Source: Gammaproteobacteria bacterium (GTDB lineage Bacteria; Pseudomonadota; Gammaproteobacteria; SZUA-140). From it: DNA of 64,000 nt. The notes below the pieces were generated by a model. That model was not told the DNA's origin and ran no database searches. It saw nothing but the letters and a program-made list of their open reading frames with translations. The stretch's first letter is position 1; every line of letters begins with the position of its first letter. The stretch covers positions 70,295-134,294 of the forward strand of contig JADLCS010000046.1 in assembly GCA_020847075.1 (NCBI GenBank), read 5' to 3'. The position numbers and the translations under genes were made by a program. Of the stretch, positions 35,513 to 45,130 are shown in pieces.

Positions 35513-36380
35513 GCCGGCGCTGGCCTCGGACCGCCTCGGCCTGAGCCTGCTGGTCGCGGCCGCGCTGCACGCCGTGATCATCCTGGGCGTGACCTTTACC
35601 CCGGGCGTACTGGAACGGGTGGCGCCGGAGAAGGATCCACCATTGCAGATCACCCTGGTGCACCAGCGCAGCGACAAGGCGCCCGAGGACGCCGATCTCC
35701 TGGCCCAGGCCAATCTGGAAGGCGGTGGCAGTTCCGCGGACAAGCTGAGCCCGCGGAGCCCTTCCTATACCCCGCTGCCGCAGCCCAGCGCCGGCGCCGG
35801 CATGGCGGTCACGCTCCCGGCCGCGCCGCCCCCGTCGCCGCAAACGGCGCAGGACGCCCCGTTGACCCGGAGCGAATCCGAGTACGCCGTCCGGAAGGAC
35901 ACGGCGCCGGCGGATCGGCCGCGCCAGCCCATGACGGCGGAGGAACTGGTGGCGCGCAGCATGGAGATCGCCACGCTGAGCACGGAGATCAGCCAGTCGA
36001 TGGAGACCTACGCCAAACGCGACCGGCACCGCTACATCTCGGCCCAGGCGCGCGAGTACCGCGACGCCGCCTACCTCGACGCCTGGCGCGCCAAGATCGA
36101 ATTCATCGGCAAGATGAACTACCCCGAGGAGGCCAAGCGGCGCAACATCTCCGGCAGCCTGCTGCTCGATGTCGCCATCAACGCGAACGGGAGTCTGAAC
36201 AGCATCACGCTGCTGCGCTCCTCCGGCAGCAAGGTGCTGGACGACGCCGCCATGCGCATCGTCAAGCTGGCCGCCCCCTTCTCACAATTTCCCGACGAAT
36301 TGCGCAGCGATACCGACGTGCTCCACATCACCCGCACGTGGGAATTCCTGGACAGCCACCGCCTCGACGCCTCGCGTTGA
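35484..36380 (+). CDS. tonB: TonB-family energy transducer
   Basis: 298 aa. N-terminal TM, Pro-rich spacer, and a TonB C-terminal domain (YPEEAKRRNISGSLLLDVAINANGSLNSITLLRSSGSKVLDDAAMRIV). Overlaps the preceding gene by 29 nt. Confidence 0.82.
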   Translation: MPALALPPPEPALASDRLGLSLLVAAALHAVIILGVTFTPGVLERVAPEKDPPLQITLVHQRSDKAPEDADLLAQANLEGGGSSADKLSPRSPSYTPLPQPSAGAGMAVTLPAAPPPSPQTAQDAPLTRSESEYAVRKDTAPADRPRQPMTAEELVARSMEIATLSTEISQSMETYAKRDRHRYISAQAREYRDAAYLDAWRAKIEFIGKMNYPEEAKRRNISGSLLLDVAINANGSLNSITLLRSSGSKVLDDAAMRIVKLAAPFSQFPDELRSDTDVLHITRTWEFLDSHRLDASR

Positions 36381-36434
36381 GGCACGCCCCGTTCACTTGT
36401 AAACGCTCCCGCATTGGGCCGATACTAGTAGCCT

Positions 36435-36998
36435 ATGAGCCAATCCGCCTACATGACCGACCAGTTCCTGATCGCGATGCCCGCGCTGCAGGATCCCAAT
36501 TTCTTTCATGGCGTCACCTATCTGTGCGAACACACGGCGGAGGGGGCGATGGGCATCATGGTGAACCGGCCGCTCGATATCAGCCTGGGCGAGGTGCTCG
36601 GCCAGATGAATATCGAGACCCGCATCGCCGCCGTCATCCGGCAGCCGATCTTTCTCGGCGGCCCGGTGCAGTGCGAGCGCGGCTTCGTGATCCACAAACC
36701 CCACGGCGACTGGGAGGCGAGCCTGAAGGTGACCGACGAGATCGCGGTCACCTCCTCGCGCGACATCCTGGAGGCCATCGCCGTGGGCCAGGGCCCGCAG
36801 CACTGCCTGGTGGCGCTCGGCTACGCGGGCTGGGGACCCGGTCAGCTCGAACGCGAAATGCGGGAGAACGCCTGGCTGAGCGTCCCCGCCGACGACCGCA
36901 TCTTTTTCGATGTCCCCTACGAACAGCGTTGGGAGGCCGCCGCCGCGCTCACCGGCGTGGATCTGAACCGCATCTCCAGCCACGTCGGCCACGCATGA
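36435..36998 (+). CDS. yqgE: YqgE/AlgH family protein (UPF0301)
   Basis: 187 aa. FLIAMPALQDPNFFHGVTYLCEHTAEGAMGIMVNRP. Confidence 0.88.
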   Translation: MSQSAYMTDQFLIAMPALQDPNFFHGVTYLCEHTAEGAMGIMVNRPLDISLGEVLGQMNIETRIAAVIRQPIFLGGPVQCERGFVIHKPHGDWEASLKVTDEIAVTSSRDILEAIAVGQGPQHCLVALGYAGWGPGQLEREMRENAWLSVPADDRIFFDVPYEQRWEAAAALTGVDLNRISSHVGHA

Positions 36999-37471
36999 CG
37001 GGAGCCGGCCGCACGCTGCTCGGCTTCGATTACGGAACCAAACACATCGGCGTCGCCGTCGGCCAGGAGCTGACCGGCACCTCCACCCCGCTGGCGACGC
37101 TCCCCAGCCACAACGAACAGCCCGACTGGGACGCCATCACCCACCTGATCGAGGAATGGCGGCCCGCCGCCCTGGTGGTCGGCCTGCCCCTCAACATGGA
37201 CGGCACAGAACAGCCCATGACGGAATCGGCGCGGCGCTTCGCGCGCCGGCTGGAAGGCCGCTACCGCCTGCCCGTGCACCTCGCGGACGAGCGCCTGTCC
37301 TCGGTCGAGGCCGGCCGGCTCCTGCGCGAGGCCGCGACCGATTCCGGCACACGGCGTTCGCGCCGGCGGCGCGAACTGGACGAAGTGGCCGCGCATCTCA
37401 TCCTGCAGACCTATTTCAGCCAGCACCCGCGCGGAGGCCCCCCGCAGCGGGACGCGGCGGAAGAATCATAG
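36995..37471 (+). CDS. ruvX: Holliday-junction resolvase-like / pre-16S rRNA nuclease RuvX (YqgF)
   Basis: The ATG at 36995 overlaps the yqgE stop. LLGFDYGTKHIGVAVG...VVGLPLNMDGTE...DERLSS. Confidence 0.88.
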   Translation: MTGAGRTLLGFDYGTKHIGVAVGQELTGTSTPLATLPSHNEQPDWDAITHLIEEWRPAALVVGLPLNMDGTEQPMTESARRFARRLEGRYRLPVHLADERLSSVEAGRLLREAATDSGTRRSRRRRELDEVAAHLILQTYFSQHPRGGPPQRDAAEES

Positions 37472-37503
37472 TAAGATAGGCACCCGACGACGGTAGCGCC
37501 CGC

Positions 37504-38025
37504 GTGGACATCGACTCCCTCAATCCGGAACAGATCATCGCCGACATGGCCGCGGCGCTGCGTACCCTCCTCGACGGCCGGGACATCGCCGATCCCGTCA
37601 TGGTGGGTATCTATACCGGCGGCGTCTGGGTCGCCCAGCGCCTGCACCGGCTGCTGGAGCTGAAAGATCCGCTCGGCACCCTGGACATCTCGTTCTACCG
37701 CGACGACTTCACCCGCGTCGGGATGAACCCGCAGGTGAGGCCCTCGCTGCTGCCCGCCGGCATCGAGGACCGGCACGTGATCCTGGTCGACGACGTCCTG
37801 AACACCGGCCGCACCATCCGCGCCGCCCTCAACGAACTGTTCGATTACGGCCGGCCGGCCTCGATCCTGCTCGCGGCACTGGTGGAGCGGGGCGGCCGCG
37901 AACTGCCGATCCAGGCCGACGTGGTCGGCGCGCGCGTCGAGCTCGCCCGCGACCGGCACATCAAGCTCCACGGACCGGCGCCGCTGCGCCTCAGCGTGGT
38001 CGAGGACGCGCGGCAGAAAGGATAG
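37504..38025 (+). CDS. pyrR: Bifunctional pyr operon regulator / uracil phosphoribosyltransferase
   Basis: 173 aa with a GTG start. [14 protein letters not shown]...[18 protein letters not shown]. Confidence 0.88.
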   Translation: MDIDSLNPEQIIADMAAALRTLLDGRDIADPVMVGIYTGGVWVAQRLHRLLELKDPLGTLDISFYRDDFTRVGMNPQVRPSLLPAGIEDRHVILVDDVLNTGRTIRAALNELFDYGRPASILLAALVERGGRELPIQADVVGARVELARDRHIKLHGPAPLRLSVVEDARQKG

Positions 38026-38035
38026 CGGAACCCCG

Positions 38036-39019
38036 ATGGACAAACGCAACCTGCAACTGGACGACAACGGGCAACTGCGCCATTTCCTCACCATCGAGGG
38101 GCTCAAGCGCCAGTTGCTGGTCGATATCCTGGACGCGGCGGAGTCCTTCACCTCGGTGACCGAACAGACGGTGAAAAAGGTGCCGCTGCTGCGGGGCAAG
38201 ACCATCGTCAACCTGTTCTTCGAGTCCAGCACCCGCACGCGCACCACCTTCGAGCTCGCCGCCAAGCGGCTCTCCGCCGACGTGCTCAATATCAACGTCA
38301 ACGCCTCGGCCACGACCAAGGGCGAGACGCTACTCGATACCCAGCGCAATCTGGAGGCGATGCACTGCGACATGTTCGTCGTGCGCCATGCCGTGAGCGG
38401 GGCCGCCCATTTCATCGCGCGCCACGCCGCCCCCCACGTCAGCGTGATCAACGCCGGCGACGGCCGCCATTCCCATCCGACGCAGGCGATGCTGGACATG
38501 TTCACCATCCGCCGCCACAAGGGCGAATTCCACAAGCTGCGCGTCGCCATCGTCGGCGACATCCTGCACTCGCGCGTGGCGCGCTCGCAGATCCACGCGC
38601 TCTCGACCCTGGGCGTGGAGGAGATCCGCGTGATCGGCCCCAGGACCCTGATCCCGGCCGAGGCGCACACGCTGGGCGTGCACGTGCACCACGACCTGCG
38701 CGGCGGTCTGCGCGACGTCGACGTGATCATCACGCTGCGGCTGCAGCACGAACGCATGGGCGGGGCGTTCCTGCCGAGCGAACACGAGTACTTCCAGCTC
38801 TACGGCCTGACCGAGGCCGGGCTCGAGACGGCGAAGCCCGACGCGATCATCATGCACCCCGGCCCGATCAACCGCGGCGTGGAGATCGATTCCGCGGTCG
38901 CCGACGGCCCGCGCTCGGTGATCCTCGACCAGGTGGCGCACGGCACCGCGGTGCGCATGGCGATCATGGCCAAGGCGATGCAGCGCCTGCCCACCCCGCC
39001 CGCGCGGGAGCTGCACTGA
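38036..39019 (+). CDS. pyrB: Aspartate carbamoyltransferase catalytic subunit
   Basis: 327 aa. [32 protein letters not shown]. Confidence 0.93.
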   Translation: MDKRNLQLDDNGQLRHFLTIEGLKRQLLVDILDAAESFTSVTEQTVKKVPLLRGKTIVNLFFESSTRTRTTFELAAKRLSADVLNINVNASATTKGETLLDTQRNLEAMHCDMFVVRHAVSGAAHFIARHAAPHVSVINAGDGRHSHPTQAMLDMFTIRRHKGEFHKLRVAIVGDILHSRVARSQIHALSTLGVEEIRVIGPRTLIPAEAHTLGVHVHHDLRGGLRDVDVIITLRLQHERMGGAFLPSEHEYFQLYGLTEAGLETAKPDAIIMHPGPINRGVEIDSAVADGPRSVILDQVAHGTAVRMAIMAKAMQRLPTPPARELH

Positions 39020-40299
39020 TGCGCGTCCGGATCAGCGGCGGCCGCGTCATCGATCCGGCCAACGACGTCGACGGCCGCCTGGACCTTTTCATCGCGGACG
39101 GAAAGGTCGTCGCGCTCGGGCGCGCACCCGACGGCTTCGCGGCCGACCTCCAGATCGACGCCACCCACCGGATCGTCTGCCCCGGCCTGGTCGACCTGCG
39201 CGCGCATCTGCGCGAACCCGGTCAGGAGCACAAGGCCACGATCGCGAGCGAATCCCGCGCCGCCGCCTACGGCGGCATCACGACCCTGTGTTGCCCGCCC
39301 ACGACCCAGCCCCCGGTGGATTCGCCGGCGGTCGCCTCGCTGATCATCCGCCGCGCGGAGGCCGCCGGCCTGACGCGCGTCGTGCCGCTCGGCGCCATGA
39401 CGCGGGGGCTGGACGGCAAGCGCCTGAGCGAGATGGCGGCGCTCAGGCAGGCCGGCTGCACCGGGGTGAGCAACGACTTCGGCACGATCGAGAATCCGCT
39501 GATCCTCGCCCGCGCGATGGAATACGCCGCCACCTTCGATCTCACCGTATTCGTCAACGCACAGGATCCGCGTCTCGCCGGCAACGGCACCGTGCACGAC
39601 GGCGCGGTATGCAGCCGCCTCGGCCTGTCCGGCATCCCGGCGGCGGCCGAGACGGTCGCGGTGGCGGGTTGCCTCGCGCTGGTCGAGCAGATCGGCGTAC
39701 GCACCCATTTTTCGCTGCTGTCGACGGCGCGCGCGGCGCAGATGATCGCGCGCGCGCAGCACGACGGGCTGCCGGTGACCGCCGACGTCAGCGCCCATCA
39801 TCTGCACCTGACCGAAAACGACGTGCTCGACTTCGACAGCCAGTGTCATGTGATACCCCCGCTGCGCACGCTGCGCGACCGCGACGGCCTGCGCCAATGG
39901 CTCGCGCGCGGCACCATCGCCGCGATCTGCTCCGATCATCAGCCGCACGAGGCCGACGCGAAGCTGGCCCCGTTCGGCGAGACGGAAACCGGCATCTCCG
40001 CCCTGGAAACGCTGCTGCCGCTCAGCCTGCGCCTGGTCGACGACGGGGTGCTGACCCTCAACGAGATGATCGCGAGCCTCACCCTGCGCCCGGCGCGCAT
40101 CCTCGGCGTCGAGGCGGGCGATCTGACGCCGGGCCGCCGGGCCGACGTCTGCATCTTCGATCCGGAACATTACTGGGTGCTGAGCCGGGACCGCCTGCTC
40201 AGCCGTGGACACAACACGCCCTTCCTGGACTGGGAGCTCAAGGGGCGCGTCACCCATACCCTGCTCGGCGGCGTGCCGGTCTTCGAGCACAAACCTTGA
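39019..40299 (+). CDS. pyrC: Dihydroorotase-like protein, probably the non-catalytic PyrC' type
   Basis: 426 aa with an amidohydrolase fold. The canonical D-x-H-x-H metal motif reads GLVDLRAHLREPG, so the first His is replaced. Confidence 0.8.
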   Translation: MRVRISGGRVIDPANDVDGRLDLFIADGKVVALGRAPDGFAADLQIDATHRIVCPGLVDLRAHLREPGQEHKATIASESRAAAYGGITTLCCPPTTQPPVDSPAVASLIIRRAEAAGLTRVVPLGAMTRGLDGKRLSEMAALRQAGCTGVSNDFGTIENPLILARAMEYAATFDLTVFVNAQDPRLAGNGTVHDGAVCSRLGLSGIPAAAETVAVAGCLALVEQIGVRTHFSLLSTARAAQMIARAQHDGLPVTADVSAHHLHLTENDVLDFDSQCHVIPPLRTLRDRDGLRQWLARGTIAAICSDHQPHEADAKLAPFGETETGISALETLLPLSLRLVDDGVLTLNEMIASLTLRPARILGVEAGDLTPGRRADVCIFDPEHYWVLSRDRLLSRGHNTPFLDWELKGRVTHTLLGGVPVFEHKP

Positions 40300-40334
40300 A
40301 TCCCGCACCGACGGACCCGCCCGTACCGAGCGCC

Positions 40335-41201
40335 ATGACACACCGAGACACACTGCTGGTCGAAGAGGGGGAAATCCTCGGTCATCAGGCCCACCCCGGG
40401 GAGCAGTTCATCCTGCGGCTCAAGGCGCCGCGCATCGCACAGCGCGCGCGCGCCGGCAGTTTCGTCCATATCGAATGCCATCCCCTGTTGCCGATGCGGC
40501 GCCCGCTTTCGATCATGCGTGCGGAACCCGCGGCGGGCTGGATCGAACTGCTCTACCGCGCCTTCGGCGCCGGGACGCGCCTGCTGTCCGCCCACGGCGC
40601 GGGGACGCGGCTCAGCCTGATCGGCCCGATCGGCCGCCCCTTCGCGCCGCACCCGGAACGCCCCCGCGCCCTGCTGCTCGGCGGCGGCGTCGGCATCCCG
40701 CCGATGATCTTCCTGGCGGAAGAAATGCGCCGCCGCGGCGGTTATTCCCCGCTGGTGCTGATGGGTTCGGAGGTGCCGTTCCCGTTCACCACGCGGCCCT
40801 CGCAGATCCTCGTGTCCGGGATACCGGAGGGGACCATCGCCGCGATGCCGCTGATGGACGACTGGGGCATCCCCAGCCGCCTTTCCTCGCTCCAGGGCTA
40901 TCCCGGTTGTTTTCACGGCTACGTCACCGATCTCGCGCGCCGCTGGCTCGCCGCGCTCACGCCGGCGCAGCGCGGCGAGGTCGAGATCTTCGCCTGCGGG
41001 CCGCATCCCATGCTGGAGGCGGCCGCGCGGCTGGCGCGCGATTACGCCCTGCCGTGCCAGGTCTCGCTGGAGGAATTCATGGCCTGCGCGGTGGGCGGCT
41101 GCGCGGGCTGCACGGTGCGGATCCTGACCGCGGACGGACCGGCGATGAAACGGGTGTGCGTGGACGGCCCGGTCTTCGATGCCGCCACGGTGGTGTTCTG
41201 A
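40335..41201 (+). CDS. PyrK-like FAD/NAD(P)-binding 2Fe-2S oxidoreductase (dihydroorotate dehydrogenase electron-transfer-subunit family)
   Basis: ATG at 40335 within ORF 39288..41201. RPLSIM, LLGGGVGIPPM, and C-terminal cluster motif CAVGGCAGC...VCVDGPVF. Confidence 0.75.
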   Translation: MTHRDTLLVEEGEILGHQAHPGEQFILRLKAPRIAQRARAGSFVHIECHPLLPMRRPLSIMRAEPAAGWIELLYRAFGAGTRLLSAHGAGTRLSLIGPIGRPFAPHPERPRALLLGGGVGIPPMIFLAEEMRRRGGYSPLVLMGSEVPFPFTTRPSQILVSGIPEGTIAAMPLMDDWGIPSRLSSLQGYPGCFHGYVTDLARRWLAALTPAQRGEVEIFACGPHPMLEAAARLARDYALPCQVSLEEFMACAVGGCAGCTVRILTADGPAMKRVCVDGPVFDAATVVF

Positions 41202-41215
41202 TCCCGGCCGGGCCC

Positions 41216-41785
41216 GTGACGAGCTCCGATCCCGCCACGTGGGTGGAACGCCACGGGAATATCTTGTACCGCTACGCGCTGCTGCGCACGCAGGACGCGG
41301 CGCTGGCCGAGGACCTGGTGCAGGAGACCTTCCTCGCCGCGCTCGGGGCGCGGGCGCGGTTTTCCGGCCAGTCGTCCGAACAGACCTGGCTGATCGGGAT
41401 CCTGAAACACAAGCTGATCGACCATTTCCGCTCCGGCGCGCGCCTGGAACAGGAGCGGGTGGACGACACGGCCTATCTGGACGGCCTGTTCGGCCCCTCG
41501 GGTCATTGGGCGCAGCCGCCCGCGGCCTGGGCCGACCCCGAGGGCGCGCTCGAAGCGCAGGATTTCTGGCGCGTCTTCCGCACCTGTATCCGCAACCTGC
41601 CGGCCCATCTGGCGGATCTGTTCATCCTGCGCGAGCTCAGCGAGCTGCCGAGCCAGGACGTATGTAAGGTCCTGGAGATTTCCACGACCAACAATATGTG
41701 GGTGATGCTCTCGCGGGCTCGCGTGCGCCTGCGCGAGTGTCTCGATCGACACTGGTTCAACAGGGCCGGGGCCTCGGACGCATGA
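41216..41785 (+). CDS. ECF-type RNA polymerase sigma-70 family factor
   Basis: Frame of ORF 40205..41785; candidate GTG at 41216 (start uncertain). Region 2 (LYRYALLRTQDAALAEDLVQETFLAAL) and region 4 (LSELPSQDVCKVLEISTTNNMWVMLSRARVRLR). Confidence 0.82.
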   Translation: MTSSDPATWVERHGNILYRYALLRTQDAALAEDLVQETFLAALGARARFSGQSSEQTWLIGILKHKLIDHFRSGARLEQERVDDTAYLDGLFGPSGHWAQPPAAWADPEGALEAQDFWRVFRTCIRNLPAHLADLFILRELSELPSQDVCKVLEISTTNNMWVMLSRARVRLRECLDRHWFNRAGASDA

Positions 41786-42051
41786 TATCCTGCCGCAAGG
41801 CGAGCGAACTGATCTCGCTGTCGATGGACCGCCCGCTCGCCCTGCGCGAGCGGCTGGCGCTGGGCCTGCACCTCTGCAGTTGCTCGATGTGCCGCGCCTA
41901 TCGCCGCCAGGCGGCCTTCATCCGCGCCGCGGCGCGCGCGCTGATCGCGCGGATGGAGCAGCTCGCGCCCGGGACGCTGGACCTGCCGCCCGCCGCGGCC
42001 GGCCGCATCGCCCGCGCGCTGCAGCGGGGCGGCGGAGAAGATGGTTCGTAA
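41782..42051 (+). CDS. Small zf-HC2 (ZAS) anti-sigma factor without TM segment
   Basis: The ATG at 41782 overlaps the sigma stop (ATGA). 89 aa with H-x3-C-x2-C in HLCSCSMC. Confidence 0.7.
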   Translation: MISCRKASELISLSMDRPLALRERLALGLHLCSCSMCRAYRRQAAFIRAAARALIARMEQLAPGTLDLPPAAAGRIARALQRGGGEDGS

Positions 42052-42054
42052 CGG

Positions 42055-43425
42055 TCAGCCCAACTGCTTCAACTGCTGGATCAACGCGCTCACCACGCCC
42101 TGGGCGTCGCCGTACAGCATGCGGGCGTTGTCCTTGTAGAAGAGCTGGTTCTCGATGCCGGCGAAGCCGGTACCCTGGCCGCGCTTGATCACCAGCACGT
42201 TCTCCGCCTTGTCGACGTTGAGGATGGGCATGCCGTAGATCGGGCTCGAGGTATCCGTGCGCGCGGCCGGATTCACCACGTCGTTGGCGCCGATGACCAG
42301 GCCGACGTTGGCGGAACCGAACTCGGCGTTGATGTCCTCCAGGTCGAACAACCGGTCATAGGGGACCCCGGCCTCGGCCAGCAGCACGTTCATGTGGCCG
42401 GGCATGCGGCCCGCGACCGGGTGAATCGCGAATTTCACCTCGACGCCCAGCCCTTCGAGCAGGTCCATCAGCTCGCGGATCTTGTGCTGGGCCTGCGCCA
42501 CCGCCATGCCGTAGCCGGGCACGATGATCACCTTGGAGGCATAGCGCATCATCACCGCCGCGTCCTCGGTCTCGATCGCCTTGAGGCTGCCCTTGATCTC
42601 CTCCGCGCCGGCCGCGCCGGGCTTGCCGAAGCCGCCGAACAGCACGTTGGAGATCGGCCGGTTCATCGCCTTGGCCATCAACTGGGTGAGCAGCGTGCCG
42701 GCGGCGCCGACCACGGTGCCGGCCACGATCATCGCCGCGTTGCCGAGCGCGAAGCCCTCGAACGCGACGGCCATGCCGGTCAACGCGTTGTAGAGCGAGA
42801 TCACCACCGGCATATCGGCGCCGCCGATGGGCAAAGTCATCAGGATGCCGTAGGCGAGCGCGGCGACGAAGAAGAGCACGATCATGAGCGTGATCGGATC
42901 GCCGCCGAGCAGTGTCGCACCCAGCAGCAGGGAGACCACCAGAACCACCAGATTGAGGACATGCTGGGCGGGGAAGGTGATCGGGCGGCCGCTGATCAGA
43001 CCCTGCAGCTTGCCGAAGGCGATCATGCTGCCGCGGAAGGCGACGGCGCCGATCAGGCCTCCGATCACGCTCAGTAGGATCATGCCGGTCTGATCCATCT
43101 CGCCGCGCAGCAGCTCGACCGCGGCGATCGCGGCGGCGGCGCCGCCGCCCATGCCGTTGTAGATGGCGACCATCTGCGGCATGTCGGTCATCGCCACCTT
43201 GCCGCCGGTGTACCAGGCGACGCCGGCGCCGATGAGGATCGCCAGCAGCATCAGCCCGATGTTGTGCAGGCCCGGCGTCAGCATGGTGACGACGATGGCG
43301 AGCCCCATGGCCACGCCGGCCCATTTGATGCCGCTGCGCGCCGTCGCCGGCGAGCTCATCCTCTTGAGCCCGAGGACGAACAGGAAGACGGTGAGGAAAT
43401 AGGCCGCTTGGATCAGATGCTCCAT
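42055..43425 (-). CDS. pntB: NAD(P) transhydrogenase subunit beta
   Basis: 456 aa. Multi-TM N-terminal half plus a dIII NADP(H) domain (IIVPGYGMAVAQAQH...GANDVVNPAA). Confidence 0.93.
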   Translation of the reverse strand: MEHLIQAAYFLTVFLFVLGLKRMSSPATARSGIKWAGVAMGLAIVVTMLTPGLHNIGLMLLAILIGAGVAWYTGGKVAMTDMPQMVAIYNGMGGGAAAAIAAVELLRGEMDQTGMILLSVIGGLIGAVAFRGSMIAFGKLQGLISGRPITFPAQHVLNLVVLVVSLLLGATLLGGDPITLMIVLFFVAALAYGILMTLPIGGADMPVVISLYNALTGMAVAFEGFALGNAAMIVAGTVVGAAGTLLTQLMAKAMNRPISNVLFGGFGKPGAAGAEEIKGSLKAIETEDAAVMMRYASKVIIVPGYGMAVAQAQHKIRELMDLLEGLGVEVKFAIHPVAGRMPGHMNVLLAEAGVPYDRLFDLEDINAEFGSANVGLVIGANDVVNPAARTDTSSPIYGMPILNVDKAENVLVIKRGQGTGFAGIENQLFYKDNARMLYGDAQGVVSALIQQLKQLG

Positions 43426-43426
43426 G

Positions 43427-43726
43427 TCAGGCCCCCTTGCCTTTCTTCTTCGCCTCGAACATCTCCAGCATGCGCTCGGTCACCACGTAGCCGCCGACCG
43501 CGTTGAGGGCCGCGAGCAGCACGCCGATGAAGCCGATCGCCTGCTCGAGCACGGTATCCGCATGTCCCAGCGCGACCATCGCGCCGACCAGCACGATGCC
43601 GTGGATGAAATTCGAACCGGACATGAGCGGGGTATGCAGGATGACCGGCACGCGGCTGATGACTTCGTAGCCGGTAAAGCCCGCCAGCAGGAAGATGAAC
43701 AGCGCCGCCCAGATGCCCTCGATCAT
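43427..43726 (-). CDS. pntA: NAD(P) transhydrogenase alpha subunit, membrane part 2
   Basis: 99 aa with 3 TM helices (TPLMSGSNFIHGIVLVGAM). Lies between pntAA and pntB. Confidence 0.88.
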   Translation of the reverse strand: MIEGIWAALFIFLLAGFTGYEVISRVPVILHTPLMSGSNFIHGIVLVGAMVALGHADTVLEQAIGFIGVLLAALNAVGGYVVTERMLEMFEAKKKGKGA

Positions 43727-44865
43727 TTCACGCCCCCTTCGATGCGTTCACGGGTTGCGGCGTGGCGGATCCCGCCCTCATGCGTGACCACGCTCGACGC
43801 CAGGATCTCGTCCGCCCAGTCGAGCTGGAGCGCACCACCCTCTCCCTGCAGCAGGCCCATGAAATTCTGGATGTTCTTGGAGTACATCGCGCTGGCGTGC
43901 ACCGGCAGCATGCTCGGCACGTTCACCGGCCCGTACACCGTCACGCCATGATGCTCGATCCGCTCGCCCGGCCGGGTCACCGCGCAGTTGCCGCCGCTCT
44001 CCGCCGCCAGGTCCAGGATCACCGCTCCGGGCTTCATCACCTCGACGGTCGCCGCGGCGATCAGTTGCGGCGCGGTGCGGCCCGGGATCTGCGCCGTGGT
44101 GATCACGACGTCGGCCTGGCAGATGGCGCGCCGCAGCAGGACCTGCTCGCGTTCCTTCTCCTCGGCGGTGAGTTCGCGCGCATAGCCGCCCGCGGTCTCG
44201 GCGTCGAGCTCCACCTGGAGGAACTTCGCCCCCAGCGATTCGACCTGCTCGCGCGCGGCGCGGCGCACATCGTAGGCCTCCACCACCGCGCCGAGGCGGC
44301 GCGTCGTGGCGATCGCCTGCAGGCCCGCCACCCCCGCGCCCAGGATCAGGACCTTGGCCGGCCGGATGGTGCCCGCCGCGGTGGTCAGCATGGGGAAAAA
44401 CTGCGGACACAGATCGGCGGCCAGCAAGGCCGCCTTGTAGCCGGCGACCGTGCCCTGGGAGGACAGCGCATCCATGGCCTGGGCCCGGGTGATGCGCGGC
44501 ACCAGTTCCATGGCGAAGCTCGTCACCCCCTGGTCGCGCAGGCCGCGGATCGCCTCGTCGCCGCGATGGGGTTGCAGATAGCCGACCAACACCAGGCCGC
44601 GCCGGTACTGCGCGATCTCCTCCGGCGTCGGGGGCTGCACCTTGACCAGCACCTCCGCCTCGCGGCACAGCGCGGCACGGTCCGCCACCAGGCGACCGCC
44701 GGCCTCGACGTAGGCCTGATCCAAGCAGAAGCTCGCGGCCCCGCTGCCGGGCTCGACCAGGACCTCATGGCCCTGCTTGACCAGACGGGCGACCGTCTCG
44801 GGCACCAGGGCGACCCGGCGTTCCCCGGGAACGGTCTCCCGCGCCACGCCCACGCGTATCGGCAT
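43723..44865 (-). CDS. pntA: NAD(P) transhydrogenase alpha subunit, part 1 (dI, alanine-dehydrogenase-like)
   Basis: 380 aa. Rossmann motif VLILGAGVAGLQAIATTRRLGA and DLAAESGGNC. Confidence 0.9.
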   Translation of the reverse strand: MPIRVGVARETVPGERRVALVPETVARLVKQGHEVLVEPGSGAASFCLDQAYVEAGGRLVADRAALCREAEVLVKVQPPTPEEIAQYRRGLVLVGYLQPHRGDEAIRGLRDQGVTSFAMELVPRITRAQAMDALSSQGTVAGYKAALLAADLCPQFFPMLTTAAGTIRPAKVLILGAGVAGLQAIATTRRLGAVVEAYDVRRAAREQVESLGAKFLQVELDAETAGGYARELTAEEKEREQVLLRRAICQADVVITTAQIPGRTAPQLIAAATVEVMKPGAVILDLAAESGGNCAVTRPGERIEHHGVTVYGPVNVPSMLPVHASAMYSKNIQNFMGLLQGEGGALQLDWADEILASSVVTHEGGIRHAATRERIEGGVK

Positions 44866-45130
44866 TGCTTGTGACCCCGCTTGCAGACCTGGAAAAGTAT
44901 TTGAATCCGCTGATCTTTGATCGACCGGGCGGCAATGGCAACAAAGGGCGCCATTTTACGAGAGTTGGCGGCGGGCGGCAACCGAGAAGATGGGGACGCC
45001 CGGGCCCCGCCGCCCGCGGCCGGAAGGCCGCCTCAGCGTCGTGCTAGAGTGGTCGATAACCCATCCGGGCGGAGACGGCTTCCGCCGGGACACCGGAACA
45101 ACGTATTTCTTCACGAAAGGAAGGGACACC

